From: Actinomycetota bacterium
Lineage (GTDB): Bacteria; Actinomycetota; Acidimicrobiia; Acidimicrobiales; AC-9
NCBI GenBank assembly: GCA_005888295.1
Contig: VAWP01000051.1
Coordinates: 894-64,893, forward strand
Length of the DNA: 64,000 nucleotides
Direction: 5' to 3'
The notes below the pieces were generated by a model, which worked only from the letters and a program-made list of their open reading frames with translations, was not told where the DNA came from and ran no database searches. This document shows positions 54,678 to 64,000 of this stretch, piece after piece. How positions within the stretch are numbered: position 1 is the first letter of the stretch; each line of letters begins with the position of its first letter. The position numbers and the translations under genes were made by a program.

Positions 54678-56069
54678 TCACTCGGCCAGGGCCACGAGCC
54701 GTCCCCCGGCCACCACGTAGAGCTGGCCGCCTCCGCTGCCAGGCGTGGCGAAGTGGTTGGACCCCCCGACGTGGACTCGCGCCCGGACGGCTCCCGTCGC
54801 GAGGTCCAGGGCGACGACGTCACCCCCTGCGCGGTCCATGGCCCAGACCGTCCCGTCGGCGACGATCGCGGGGCCGGCCGAAAGGGTGGAGTCCCGCCAC
54901 GCCACGCCGAAGCCGGGCCGCGCTCCACTGTCGAGGCGGAGGGCCACCAACCCGTCCTCGCACGGCACCACCACCAGCGGCGCGCTGAAGGAGGTGGCGC
55001 CGAGCACGCTGCTGCACACCTGGGCCGAGAAGGCCTGCCCGCCGACCCCACCGAGGTGGTCGGCCCGCAGGAGATAGCCGACGCCGGCCTTGCCCACCTC
55101 GAAAACGAGCCCACCTCCCACCTGGAGGGGCGCCGTGGATCCCAGGTCGGTGTCGGTCGCGTTGAGCCGAGGCGCGTCGGTCGGCGTGAACGAGTCGAGC
55201 GTGCGCAGGTCGGGCGAGAGCCGCAAAACCGAGTTTCCCCCGTCGTAGGCCGTCGTCGAGCTGCCGTTTCCCGTGGCGACGAGGAGGGTGCCGTCCGGTG
55301 CCACCGCCGCGCCGCCGGGCGCCCACACCGCGCCTTGCCGTTGCGACGGGACCTGGTACACGAGCGGGGGATCGTTCGGGGTGCGGGTGTCGACGCCGAC
55401 CACGTACCCGTGATAGTCGCCGCAGTCTCCGAAGAGCCCGCCGAAGGGCACGTACACGCGACCTGCTGACAGCGCCAGCGCGCCCCGCTGCTGCTCGACC
55501 CGCGGGTCGGAGCCCGGCGGGTCGATGACCTTCCGGGTGCGCACGCCGCCCGTAGCCAGGTCGAGCGCGGCGAGCACGTGCTGGCCCGGGCGCACGAAGG
55601 CCACGACCCACACCGTCCCGGCTGCGGTGTCGACGACCGGCGTCCCGGTGATGCCGGACGGGTCGATGTTGCCGCACGGCAGGTCGCCGCCGGGGACGGG
55701 CTGGCCCAGCGTGGTGGTCCACTGCACGCGGCCCGTGCCGGCCTGGACGGCCACGACGGTGTCGCGTTCGGTGGCGACCACGACGCGGTCGCCGACCGTG
55801 AGGGGCTCGGCGTACACGTCGCCGTCGACCTGGGTGGACCACCGGCGGGCCGGCGAGGCGAACGGCGGCGCCGCCGGGTCGACCCCGGTGCGCGCCCCGT
55901 CGTGGTGGTACGTCGGCCAGTCACCGGCCGCCAGCGTCGGCGCCGGGCCGGCCACGGTCGACGAGGGCGCCCCGGCCCGAGGCGTCGAGCTGCAGCCGCC
56001 CAGCAGCCCGGCGACCACGACGCCAGCGGTGAGGACGGCGAGGACCGGGCCCCTCTGCGTCGTCTGCAC
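54678..56069 (-). CDS. PQQ-like beta-propeller repeat lipoprotein
   Basis: Lipobox LLGGCSS, followed by repeated beta-propeller blades (…VVAVQAGTGRVQW…, …VLAALDLATGGV…, …VVALDLATGAV…). Confidence 0.7.
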   Translation of the reverse strand: MQTTQRGPVLAVLTAGVVVAGLLGGCSSTPRAGAPSSTVAGPAPTLAAGDWPTYHHDGARTGVDPAAPPFASPARRWSTQVDGDVYAEPLTVGDRVVVATERDTVVAVQAGTGRVQWTTTLGQPVPGGDLPCGNIDPSGITGTPVVDTAAGTVWVVAFVRPGQHVLAALDLATGGVRTRKVIDPPGSDPRVEQQRGALALSAGRVYVPFGGLFGDCGDYHGYVVGVDTRTPNDPPLVYQVPSQRQGAVWAPGGAAVAPDGTLLVATGNGSSTTAYDGGNSVLRLSPDLRTLDSFTPTDAPRLNATDTDLGSTAPLQVGGGLVFEVGKAGVGYLLRADHLGGVGGQAFSAQVCSSVLGATSFSAPLVVVPCEDGLVALRLDSGARPGFGVAWRDSTLSAGPAIVADGTVWAMDRAGGDVVALDLATGAVRARVHVGGSNHFATPGSGGGQLYVVAGGRLVALAE

Positions 56070-56302
56070 GGTGCCATCATCGCCGCGCCCGACTCTGATC
56101 TCTGCACGTTCGCCGGTCGCGGCGCGGGGAGACCGTTCTGGTCGCGTTCATGCCACAGATCCGCGCCATCAACGCGACGAGAACGGCCATCGGTGGCTGC
56201 CAGAGGCGAACCTGCAGCGATCACGGCCGGTCAGGCCCGGTGAGGCGTCATCAGGCCCGGTCAGCGCCGTTGGCAGCGCGAGCCTTTACCATTGGCCGCT
56301 GC

Positions 56303-57595
56303 ATGGAGATGTTCCCTGCCGAGCGGACCGCCGCCGTCAGACGTCTGAGCCTGGTCCGCCTGAGCTCCGAGATCGCCCGGTCGGTGGCGACGGTGGGCCG
56401 GGTCGCGGTCGAGGGCGAGGTCGTCCAGCCCGGCCCGTCGCGCTCGGGCGCCGTGTACTTCACCCTCCGGGACCGGGTGGCGCAGATCACCGTTGTGTGC
56501 CCGCGGGCCCGCCTCGCCCGATGCCGCACCGTGCACGGCGAGCGCGTCTGTGTGACCGGCACCCTCGGCTACCTCAACGAGCGGGGTCAGCTGCAGCTGT
56601 TCGCCGACGAGGTGGCGCCGGTGGGCGAGGGGGCGATCCTGGCCGCCATCGCCGACGTGCGCCGCCGGCTGAGCGCCGAGGGGCTGCTCGACCGGGCTCG
56701 CCGGCCCCTGCCGCTGCTACCGAGGACGGTCGGCGTCGTGTGTGGTGCCGACGCCGCCGTCAGGGCCGACATCGAGTCGGTGGTGGCCGCCCGCTTCCCG
56801 GGCTACCCGGTCGCCTTCGAGGAGGTCGCGGTATCGGGCCCGGGAGCGGCCGAGTCCGTCGTCGGCGCCCTGCAGGCACTCGACGCCCGGTCCGACGTCG
56901 ACGTCGTCATCCTGGCTCGCGGTGGCGGCGATCCGGCGTCGCTGCTCCCGTTCAGCGACGAAGAGCTGTGTCGGGCCATCTGCGCCTCGGCGACGCCGGT
57001 CGTGACCGCCATCGGGCACGAGCGCGACCGTCCCCTCTGTGACGAGGTGGCGGATCGGCGCTGCGGCACACCGTCGCTCGCTGCTTCGGCAGTGGTGCCC
57101 GACGAGGCGGCGCTGCGGGCGCAGCTCGACGCGCTGATGGACTCGATCAGAGCGACGTGCACGGACGCCCTCTCGACCAGCAGCGATCGTCTGGAGGCCA
57201 TCGACCTGCGCGCCGCGCTGCGCTCGGGGGAAGAGACCGCGGTCGAGCGGTTGGACCACGCCGCCGGCCGGCTCCAGCTGGTCGATCTCGGCCGCCGGGT
57301 GGCAGACGCCTCCCGCCGGCTGGCGTCGGTCGACTGGCGCTCCTCCCTGACGCGTCGGCTGGCTGCGGTCGACGGCGACCTCGCCGGGCGCCGCCGCACC
57401 CTCGACGCCCTGGATCCGGCCCGGGTGCTGTCGCGGGGCTACGCCATCGTGCGCACCGCTGACGGCGATGTCGTTCGCAGCCCGGCCCAGGTCGACGCGG
57501 GCGACGAGCTCGACGTGGCCGTGGCCCAGGGCCGCATCCACGCCGCCGTGAGGCACGACGCACACGACGCGCACGACGACGCCGGGGCTCCGTGA
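56303..57595 (+). CDS. xseA: exodeoxyribonuclease VII large subunit
   Basis: N-terminal OB-fold (VAVEGEVVQPGPSRSGAVYFTLRD), a central catalytic region (GVVCGADAAVRADI…ILARGGGD) and a coiled C-terminus. It is followed by xseB. Confidence 0.85.
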   Translation: MEMFPAERTAAVRRLSLVRLSSEIARSVATVGRVAVEGEVVQPGPSRSGAVYFTLRDRVAQITVVCPRARLARCRTVHGERVCVTGTLGYLNERGQLQLFADEVAPVGEGAILAAIADVRRRLSAEGLLDRARRPLPLLPRTVGVVCGADAAVRADIESVVAARFPGYPVAFEEVAVSGPGAAESVVGALQALDARSDVDVVILARGGGDPASLLPFSDEELCRAICASATPVVTAIGHERDRPLCDEVADRRCGTPSLAASAVVPDEAALRAQLDALMDSIRATCTDALSTSSDRLEAIDLRAALRSGEETAVERLDHAAGRLQLVDLGRRVADASRRLASVDWRSSLTRRLAAVDGDLAGRRRTLDALDPARVLSRGYAIVRTADGDVVRSPAQVDAGDELDVAVAQGRIHAAVRHDAHDAHDDAGAP

Positions 57596-57804
57596 CCGAC
57601 ACCCGCGACCTCGCCGCCCTCACCTACGAGCAGCTGGTCGAGAAGCTCGAGGACCTCACGCGCCGGATCGCCTCGGGAGAGGTCGGCATCGAGGAGGCGT
57701 CGGAGCTGTACGAGCGGGCCGGCGTCATCCACCGGCTCGCCGCCGAACGGCTGGCCCAGGTGCGGGCTCGCATCGAGCGTCTCGACGGACCGGACGGCAT
57801 CTAG
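57592..57804 (+). CDS. xseB: exodeoxyribonuclease VII small subunit
   Basis: 70 aa. LTYEQLVEKLEDLTRRIASGEVGIEEASELYERA is typical of XseB. The GTG start overlaps the xseA stop. Confidence 0.85.
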   Translation: MTDTRDLAALTYEQLVEKLEDLTRRIASGEVGIEEASELYERAGVIHRLAAERLAQVRARIERLDGPDGI

Positions 57805-57825
57805 GCACTGCTTCCTCGCGGACGA

Positions 57826-58197
57826 CTAGGGCACCACGGGCCGCCGCCGCGGCGCCGACGCGGCAACGGACGCCGGCACGTCGATCTCCATGCGCAGGAG
57901 GGCGCCGCCCAGGGTCTTGCCGAGGTTGTCCGACCGCAGGGAGCGCGGGCCGCCCCCGCCCAGGGCGCGCTCCATGACGAAGTTGAGGGCGAGCACGTTG
58001 GCCGCCTCGTAGCGGCGGACCTCACCCAGCACGAGCGAGCCGACGTGGCGCTTGACCCGGTCGGCGGTCACCTCGGCCCGGATCGCTTCGTACGCCTCCT
58101 CGTCGTACGCGAACAGGGCGACGTTGGAGATGTCGCCCTTGTCGCCGGCGCGGGTTCCGCACAGGTCGCGCAGCTGGATGCGAGCCACGTCACCCAC
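57826..58197 (-). CDS. AtuA-associated small subunit-like protein
   Basis: 123 aa. CGTRAGDKGDISNVALFA corresponds to the C-terminal segment of full-length AtuA proteins. It lies 9 nt downstream of the DUF1446 gene. Confidence 0.6.
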   Translation of the reverse strand: MGDVARIQLRDLCGTRAGDKGDISNVALFAYDEEAYEAIRAEVTADRVKRHVGSLVLGEVRRYEAANVLALNFVMERALGGGGPRSLRSDNLGKTLGGALLRMEIDVPASVAASAPRRRPVVP

Positions 58198-58206
58198 CAG
58201 GCCCGC

Positions 58207-59580
58207 TCACACCTCGACCATCTCGACGGCGACCCCGGGATCGACCAGGGACTTGTCGACCAGGGCGGGCCACAGTCCCATGAGCTGGGAGGGCGCGCCC
58301 CCCATGCCCCGACCCGTCCCGGTCAGGCCCCACGGCGGAGCGGACAGCGCCATGGGCGCCATCTCCCGGCCCACCCGGGCGACCGTGGCCGCGTCACCGC
58401 AGCGCCACGCCAGGCGAACGATCACCTCGGGCGCCTCGTCGGCGCCGTCGAGCGGCACGGTCGCGCCGTGGAGGGCGTTCACGCCCCAGTACTCCTCGAG
58501 CCAGTCGTCGACGACGTGGCCCGCCATCTCCACCCTGCGACGGAAGATGGCCGCCGCCGCCCGGGCCTTGGCGTATGCGTCGGGCCAGGCGAACGCCACC
58601 CGGCTCTCGCCGCTCCACCCGTACGGATACGTGAACAGTGCCTTGTACGTGGGCGTCGCCGGCCGACCGCGCACCCCGGACAGCCGCACCCGGTCGTCGC
58701 CCAGATCGTCGAGCGCGACAGACGTGAAGTCGGCGACGACGTCGGGCGTCACGTAGGCCGCCGGGTCGTGCACCTCGTACAGCAGCTGGTGGCGCACGGT
58801 GTCGAAGTCGACGCGCCCACCCGTCCCAGGAGCCTTCGTCAGCACCGCGGTCCCGTCTGCCTCGCACTCGGCGATCGGGTAGGCAAAATTCCACGGCTCC
58901 GGCACCGTCCACCACTCCCCGGAGGGGTTGCCGCCCGTCGACTGCCCGGAGCATTCGCACAGGTGGCCGACGACGATGCCGGCCGCCAGCCGGTCCCAGT
59001 CGTCGCTGGCCCAGCCGTGCTCGTACACCAGCGGGGCCAGGAACAGTGACGGATCGGCCGTACGCCCGGTGATGACCACGTCGGCCCCGTCGGCCAGGGC
59101 CGACACGATGGGCCCGGCACCGAGGTAGGCGCTGGCGAAGAGCAGATCGCCGGGAAACGAGGACCACGGCTCACCGGTCTCCGCGTTGGTCAGCGACCCG
59201 TGCCCGGCCCCCGCCAGCTCGTCGACGCGGCCCGTGAGATCGTCCCCCACGACAGTAGCGATGCGGACACCGCTTATGCCGAGCCGCTTGGCCGTCTCCA
59301 CCGCGGCCCGTCCGGCGCCGACCGGGTTGATGCCGCCCGCGTTGGTGATGACCTTGGTCCGCTTCTCGGCGACGTGGGGAAGGGCGAGGGCCAGGTAGGC
59401 GGGGAGGTCCCGGGTGTACCCGAGCGACTCGTCGCGCTGGCGGTCCTTTTGCAGGATGGCCAGGGTCAGCTCGGCCAGCGCTTCGAGGCAGAGGTAGTCG
59501 ACACCGGCGTCGAGCAGCGTGCGAGTGGACCCGACGTGGTCGCCGTAGAAGCCCTGCCCGCCCGCCACCGTGACGGTCAC
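58207..59580 (-). CDS. acyclic terpene utilization AtuA family (DUF1446) protein
   Basis: 457 aa. N-terminal GGQGFYGD…DYLCLEALAELTLAIL is the DUF1446 signature. The GTG start overlaps the pepN stop (GTGA). Confidence 0.75.
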   Translation of the reverse strand: MTVTVAGGQGFYGDHVGSTRTLLDAGVDYLCLEALAELTLAILQKDRQRDESLGYTRDLPAYLALALPHVAEKRTKVITNAGGINPVGAGRAAVETAKRLGISGVRIATVVGDDLTGRVDELAGAGHGSLTNAETGEPWSSFPGDLLFASAYLGAGPIVSALADGADVVITGRTADPSLFLAPLVYEHGWASDDWDRLAAGIVVGHLCECSGQSTGGNPSGEWWTVPEPWNFAYPIAECEADGTAVLTKAPGTGGRVDFDTVRHQLLYEVHDPAAYVTPDVVADFTSVALDDLGDDRVRLSGVRGRPATPTYKALFTYPYGWSGESRVAFAWPDAYAKARAAAAIFRRRVEMAGHVVDDWLEEYWGVNALHGATVPLDGADEAPEVIVRLAWRCGDAATVARVGREMAPMALSAPPWGLTGTGRGMGGAPSQLMGLWPALVDKSLVDPGVAVEMVEV

Positions 59581-62183
59581 GCCGCCGGACCCGCCTCGCG
59601 TGCCCGTGCGAGGAGAGCACCCAGGCCGGGTCCCTCACGAGCCCCGAAGGCCTCGTTGACGTCGAGGCGCTCGAGCGTCTGCTGCAGGGTGCGCTGCCCG
59701 CTCCGCAACGGATGCCCGGCGAAGAAGGCGCGCACGTCGGCGGCCAGCTCCGCCGGTCGCCACAGGGCGCTGACCCCGTCCACCATGCGGGGGATGGTGT
59801 TGTCCGGAAGCCGGGCCAACAGCTCCTCCCACCGCTCCTTCACGAACGCCCACGCCTGCGGACCACCCGACCGGTTGCTCAACAGGACCTGGATGAGGAA
59901 CGGCGCGTTCTGGGTGCGCACCTCGGACCGCGAGAGCTCGAGGGTACGGGCCACCAGGCCGGGCTCCTCGAACCGGGCCAGTGCGTACAGGTAGCGGAGC
60001 TCCTCCTGGGGCGTGCGGGGATTGCGAAAGCGGTCCAGGAACGCGTCGTACTCCGCCTCGCCGCCGGTGGACGCCACGACCCCGACGACGGCGCCAGCCA
60101 GCTCGGGGTCGAGGGGCGCCCGGTCGGCCAGGAAGTCCGCGTGCATCTGCGCCGACCTCGCCCGCACCTCGAAGTCCGCGCCGAGCGTGCCGAGGGCCTC
60201 GAGCAGGGTGGACCTGAGCGTGCCCGTGCGCTCGCTCTCGCCGGGCACCCGCTCCCAACCGACCGACCGGAAGGCGGGCGTCAAGAGCGATCGCACGAAG
60301 GCCTCCGAAGCCGGCCGCTCCTCGTCGCTCACCACCCGATCGAGGAAGCTGAGGGCCGCTACCACAACGGCCCACACGTCAGGGTCCTGCTCCGAGCGCA
60401 GACCGCCCGCGACGTCGATGAAGTCGGCGACGGGCGACAGACCGGCCAGCGATGAGCCCCACGCGTCGCTGACGAGGTTGAAGCGTTCGAGGGCGTCGAG
60501 CCGGCCGAGGTCGGCGGTGAGCCGGGCGAGCAGGTCTCCGTCGTAGCGGACGCGGTAGAACCCCCAGCCACCCGAGTTGGCGACGACCCACTCGACCGGG
60601 CCCGAGAAGGATGCCGAGGCGCCGCCCTCGTCGAGGAGGACGCGCTGCTCCTCGACCGAGCCGTTCACGCCGGCCCGCAGGAGGACCGGGACGCGCCAGC
60701 CCGAGCCGATGGCGTCGGCGGCGGCGCGGTCGGGGAGGTAGCGAAACGGGAGCTGGTCCAACGCCAGGGCCTCGCCCCCGTCAGTCGGGGTGACCGTCAC
60801 GACCGGGTGCCCGCCCTGGAAGATCCACGAGTCCATCGTGGTCCGCGCCGGTTCGCCGCTGGCCGCCTCGATGGCGTCCCACAGGTCGGTCGTCTCGGCG
60901 TTGCCGTGGCTGTGCTCGGCCAGGTACCGGCCGATGCCGCGCCGGAACGGCTCGGCGCCGAGGTAGCGCTCGAGCATGCGCAGCACGCCGGCGCCCTTCT
61001 CGTAGGTGAGGACGTCGAACATGCCCTCGGCCTCCTCCGGACGCTCCACCGCGAACTCGACGGGGCGCGTCGAGGGCAGGCCGTCGGTTCGCATCGCCGC
61101 GGCCCGCGACAGCCCGAAGGTCACCCACCGGTGCCAGTCGGGACGAAAGGCGTCCACGCACAGCAGCTCCATGAAGGTGGCGAACGCCTCGTTCAGCCAC
61201 AGGCCGTTCCACCACCGCATGGTCACCAGGTCGCCGAACCACATGTGGGCGATCTCGTGGGAGATGACGTCGGCGACCCGCTCCAGCTCGACCCGCGACG
61301 CGGCAGCCGGGTCGATGAGCAGTACCGACTCACGAAACGTCACCGCTCCCAGGTTCTCCATGGCCCCGAACGCGAAGTCGGGCAGTGCGATCAGGTCGAG
61401 CTTGTCGCTCGGGTACCGAATGCCGAACCACCCGGAGAAGAAGCGCAGGGCGTGGGCGCCGACCTCCAACGCGAACGACGTCAGGTGCTCCTTGCCCGGC
61501 ACGTGGGCGATCCGCAGCGGGACGCCCTCGACGACGACAGGATCGGTCAGCTCGAGCGGACCGACGACGAAGGCCACCAGGTAGGTGGACATCGGCATGG
61601 TGTCGGCGAAGCGGACCCGCCGCCTGCCGTCGCCGAGGTCGGTTTCCTCGACCGCGGCGGTGTTGGACACGGCAGTCAGGTCCCGATCGACCACGAGCGT
61701 GATCGAGAAGACGGCCTTGCGGTCGGGCTCGTCCCAGCACGGGAAGGCGCGGCGAGCGTCGGTCGCCTCGAACTGCGTCGTGGCGATCACCCGTTGCGTC
61801 CCGTCGGCTTCGTAGGTGCTGCGGTAGAAGCCGCGCAGCTTGTCGTTGATCGTCCCCGAGAAGCTCGTCCGCAACGTCCACGGGCCCGGCGTCGCCTCGG
61901 CGGAGAGCGCGATCACCGCCCGCCCGGACTCCTCGTCCAGGCGGACGTTCCCGGAGAGCACCGACCCGGTCTCGCTGACCAGCTCGGCCCACTCGACCGT
62001 GAGCTCGAGCGCGTTGAGCACGATCTCTTCTGTGGCTTCGTGCACCACGACGTCGATCTGTTCTTCGCCGCGGAACGTGGCTCGGTCCAGGTCCGGGGAG
62101 ATGACGAGCTCGTAACGACGGGGCTCGACGGTGCGGGGGAGCCGGTGGGACGCCTGTCGCTCTTCGGTAGTCTGCTCGGTCAC
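59577..62183 (-). CDS. pepN: aminopeptidase N (M1 family)
   Basis: GAMEN exopeptidase motif (FGAMENLG) and the zinc motif HEIAHMWFGDLVTMRWWNGLWLNEAF (HExxH-x18-E). 868 aa. Confidence 0.9.
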   Translation of the reverse strand: MTEQTTEERQASHRLPRTVEPRRYELVISPDLDRATFRGEEQIDVVVHEATEEIVLNALELTVEWAELVSETGSVLSGNVRLDEESGRAVIALSAEATPGPWTLRTSFSGTINDKLRGFYRSTYEADGTQRVIATTQFEATDARRAFPCWDEPDRKAVFSITLVVDRDLTAVSNTAAVEETDLGDGRRRVRFADTMPMSTYLVAFVVGPLELTDPVVVEGVPLRIAHVPGKEHLTSFALEVGAHALRFFSGWFGIRYPSDKLDLIALPDFAFGAMENLGAVTFRESVLLIDPAAASRVELERVADVISHEIAHMWFGDLVTMRWWNGLWLNEAFATFMELLCVDAFRPDWHRWVTFGLSRAAAMRTDGLPSTRPVEFAVERPEEAEGMFDVLTYEKGAGVLRMLERYLGAEPFRRGIGRYLAEHSHGNAETTDLWDAIEAASGEPARTTMDSWIFQGGHPVVTVTPTDGGEALALDQLPFRYLPDRAAADAIGSGWRVPVLLRAGVNGSVEEQRVLLDEGGASASFSGPVEWVVANSGGWGFYRVRYDGDLLARLTADLGRLDALERFNLVSDAWGSSLAGLSPVADFIDVAGGLRSEQDPDVWAVVVAALSFLDRVVSDEERPASEAFVRSLLTPAFRSVGWERVPGESERTGTLRSTLLEALGTLGADFEVRARSAQMHADFLADRAPLDPELAGAVVGVVASTGGEAEYDAFLDRFRNPRTPQEELRYLYALARFEEPGLVARTLELSRSEVRTQNAPFLIQVLLSNRSGGPQAWAFVKERWEELLARLPDNTIPRMVDGVSALWRPAELAADVRAFFAGHPLRSGQRTLQQTLERLDVNEAFGAREGPGLGALLARAREAGPAA

Positions 62184-62222
62184 CTTCGGGAGGCTAGTGG
62201 GAGCCGGCTATGGTCGGGCCCC

Positions 62223-63242
62223 GTGCCCGCAGTCCCGGAGTCCCGCACCGACAGCACACTCGACGTTCTCACGGTCGGCAACGCCCTGGTCGACGTGTTG
62301 GCGCCCGTCGACGACGACCTGGTGGCCGAGCTGGGACTGGTCAAGGGCGTGGCGTCTCTCGTCGACCTACCCGAGGCGGAGCGCTTGTACGCGGCCGCCC
62401 AGCCGATCATCGAGGTGGCGGGCGGCTCCGCTGCCAACACCGCCGTGGGAGCAGCGAGCCTGGGGAGCCGGGCCGCATTCGTCGGCAAGGTGGCCGACGA
62501 CCGCCTGGGCCGGTTGTTCGACACCGACATCCAGGCGGCGGGGGTCGACTACGCCACGTCGGTGGCGGGCGACGGGGTCATGACGGGACGGTGTCTTTCG
62601 CTCGTCACCCCTGACGCGGAGCGCACGATGAGCACCTACCTGGGGGCGGCCGCCCAGCTCCGGCTGGAGGATGTCGAGGGCGCCGACGTGCAGCGGGCCC
62701 GAGTCACCCACCTCGAGGCCTATCTCTGGGACCTTCCCGATGCTCACCGGACGCTCGGCCGGATCATGGCCGACGCGCACGGCGCGGGTCGCATGGTGTC
62801 CGTCAGCCTCTCCGACCCCTCGTGCGTCCAGCGCCATGGCGAGGCCTTCCGTGAGTTGGTCCACGATCAGGTCGACGTCCTCTTCGCCAACGAGGCCGAG
62901 ATCACGCTCCTGCTGGGCGCGGACGACGTCGCCGCCGCGGCCAAGGTGGTCCGTTCCATCGGCATCCTCGCCGCCCTCACCTTGGGACCCGGGGGATCGA
63001 TGGTCGTCAAGGGCGACCAGACCGTCAGCGTCGATGCCCACCCCGTCGACAAGATCGTCGACGTCACGGGGGCCGGCGATCTCTACGCGGCCGGCTTCCT
63101 CCATGGGCTGACGCACGGCGCCGACCTGCGCACCTGCGCCAGGCTGGGCAGCCTGGCCGCCAGCGAGATCATCAGCCACCTCGGGGCCCGCCCGGAGGCG
63201 CCGCTGCGGCCCTTGGCCCAGGAGGCCGGCCTGCTGCCCTGA
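62223..63242 (+). CDS. PfkB-family kinase (adenosine kinase-like)
   Basis: N-terminal DVLTVGNALVDVL, GGSAANTA, and the C-terminal DVTGAGDLYAAGFLHG (PfkB signature 2). GTG start at 62223; the upstream part of the track ORF is antisense to pepN. Confidence 0.8.
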   Translation: MPAVPESRTDSTLDVLTVGNALVDVLAPVDDDLVAELGLVKGVASLVDLPEAERLYAAAQPIIEVAGGSAANTAVGAASLGSRAAFVGKVADDRLGRLFDTDIQAAGVDYATSVAGDGVMTGRCLSLVTPDAERTMSTYLGAAAQLRLEDVEGADVQRARVTHLEAYLWDLPDAHRTLGRIMADAHGAGRMVSVSLSDPSCVQRHGEAFRELVHDQVDVLFANEAEITLLLGADDVAAAAKVVRSIGILAALTLGPGGSMVVKGDQTVSVDAHPVDKIVDVTGAGDLYAAGFLHGLTHGADLRTCARLGSLAASEIISHLGARPEAPLRPLAQEAGLLP

Positions 63243-63250
63243 GCCTTCGC

Positions 63251-63865
63251 TCAGTGGTCGGCTTCGTCTCCGACGGCGCCGGGCGGCAGGAAGCTCAGCC
63301 GCAGGTCGCCCAGGCGCACGAGCGTGGAGGCCACCCAGCGGGCCAGGTTGCCCACGTGGGCTTCGAGGGAGGACGGGTCCTCGAGCACGGCCTCGTCGAG
63401 GCGGTAGGTGCCCTCGTAGGAGATCTCGACCGCGCCTCGGGGCTGGTCGTTGTTGCGGTCGAACGCCTGCTCGATCGTCAGGCCGCAGCGGTCCAGCACG
63501 TCGCCGCCCAGGGCCGGGCCTTCGGGCGGCAGGGCGGCGACGATGGTCGCCGGCTCGGGCGCGCTGGCCAGCCGCTGGATGCGCAGGGCGACCTCAACGA
63601 GCAGCTCGGGCTGGTCCTCGGGAGGCTCGCCGATCGACCAGGAGCGGTAGGCGCTCTGGCTCCAGGTGGGCCAGTCGAGGCTGAGGTCGGCTCTGACCCG
63701 CGGCAGCGTTCCCTCTCCCGGCAAGCTGTAGGAGGTCTCCCACGACAGGTCGCCGAGCAGCACGTCGACCTGGAAGCGCTCCTCGACGGCCTGCCGCTCC
63801 AGCAGCGCCTCCGAGAAGCTCTTGCGCATGGCCGCGATGAGATCGAGGAACACATGGTCGAGCAC
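63251..63865 (-). CDS. hypothetical protein
   Basis: 204-aa ORF, acidic, with no motif I recognise. Convergent with the kinase gene. Confidence 0.5.
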   Translation of the reverse strand: MLDHVFLDLIAAMRKSFSEALLERQAVEERFQVDVLLGDLSWETSYSLPGEGTLPRVRADLSLDWPTWSQSAYRSWSIGEPPEDQPELLVEVALRIQRLASAPEPATIVAALPPEGPALGGDVLDRCGLTIEQAFDRNNDQPRGAVEISYEGTYRLDEAVLEDPSSLEAHVGNLARWVASTLVRLGDLRLSFLPPGAVGDEADH

Positions 63866-64000
63866 TGCGAGCGAGACTATCGGTCCTGCTCAGCGGCCGT
63901 GTATGCCCTGGTCAGTGGCAGTCCTTCGGCCCGGATTCCCTCATCTTTCCGCCATCGGCACGTGAAGATGCCCGGCAAACCGCACCGGCGCCCCGTTCGA

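Overview
High-GC (by eye about 70%) actinobacterial-type chromosomal segment. It is densely coding, with about 60 CDS. Many genes are coupled by ATGA, GTGA or TAG/GTG overlaps, GTG and TTG starts are frequent, and two MarR genes look leaderless. I recognised no rRNA, tRNA, CRISPR array, transposase, integrase or phage gene, so this reads as core or metabolic chromosome rather than a mobile island. Most very long ORFs in the six-frame track are alternate-frame or antisense shadows of real genes. Content from left to right: LLM oxidoreductase, patatin, YceI and MarR; a carboxymuconolactone-decarboxylase (CMD)/AhpD-like gene split by one in-frame TGA with a SECIS-like hairpin; a neutral-lipid module (two WS/DGAT genes, an acyl-CoA synthetase, a hydrolase); a divergent sulfur locus (DUF4395, cysteine dioxygenase and rhodanese opposite a secreted SBP56/methanethiol-oxidase-like protein with a CopD-type membrane fusion); an amidohydrolase, tandem CoA-transferase, thiolase-like and DUF35 operon; a Liv-type ABC importer with two extra envelope genes; a stressosome cluster (RsbR, RsbS, a disrupted RsbT, RsbX) followed by a 731-aa protein carrying a whole partner-switching cascade; a disrupted ferrochelatase; the acs and satP acetate genes; a frameshifted dacB; MarR and MFS; an acyl-CoA dehydrogenase operon; an MgtE-N/CBS protein, an M-box riboswitch and an NRAMP-related Mg transporter; a GT4, methyltransferase and prenyltransferase-like cluster; xseAB; AtuA-like genes; pepN; and a PfkB kinase. 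The most interesting items are the candidate selenoprotein, the SBP56/CopD sulfur locus, the stressosome wired to a single-polypeptide RsbU/W/V module with a damaged RsbT, and the M-box-controlled NRMT next to an orphan MgtE sensor domain. All homology calls come from motif recognition by eye and from memory, not from searches.
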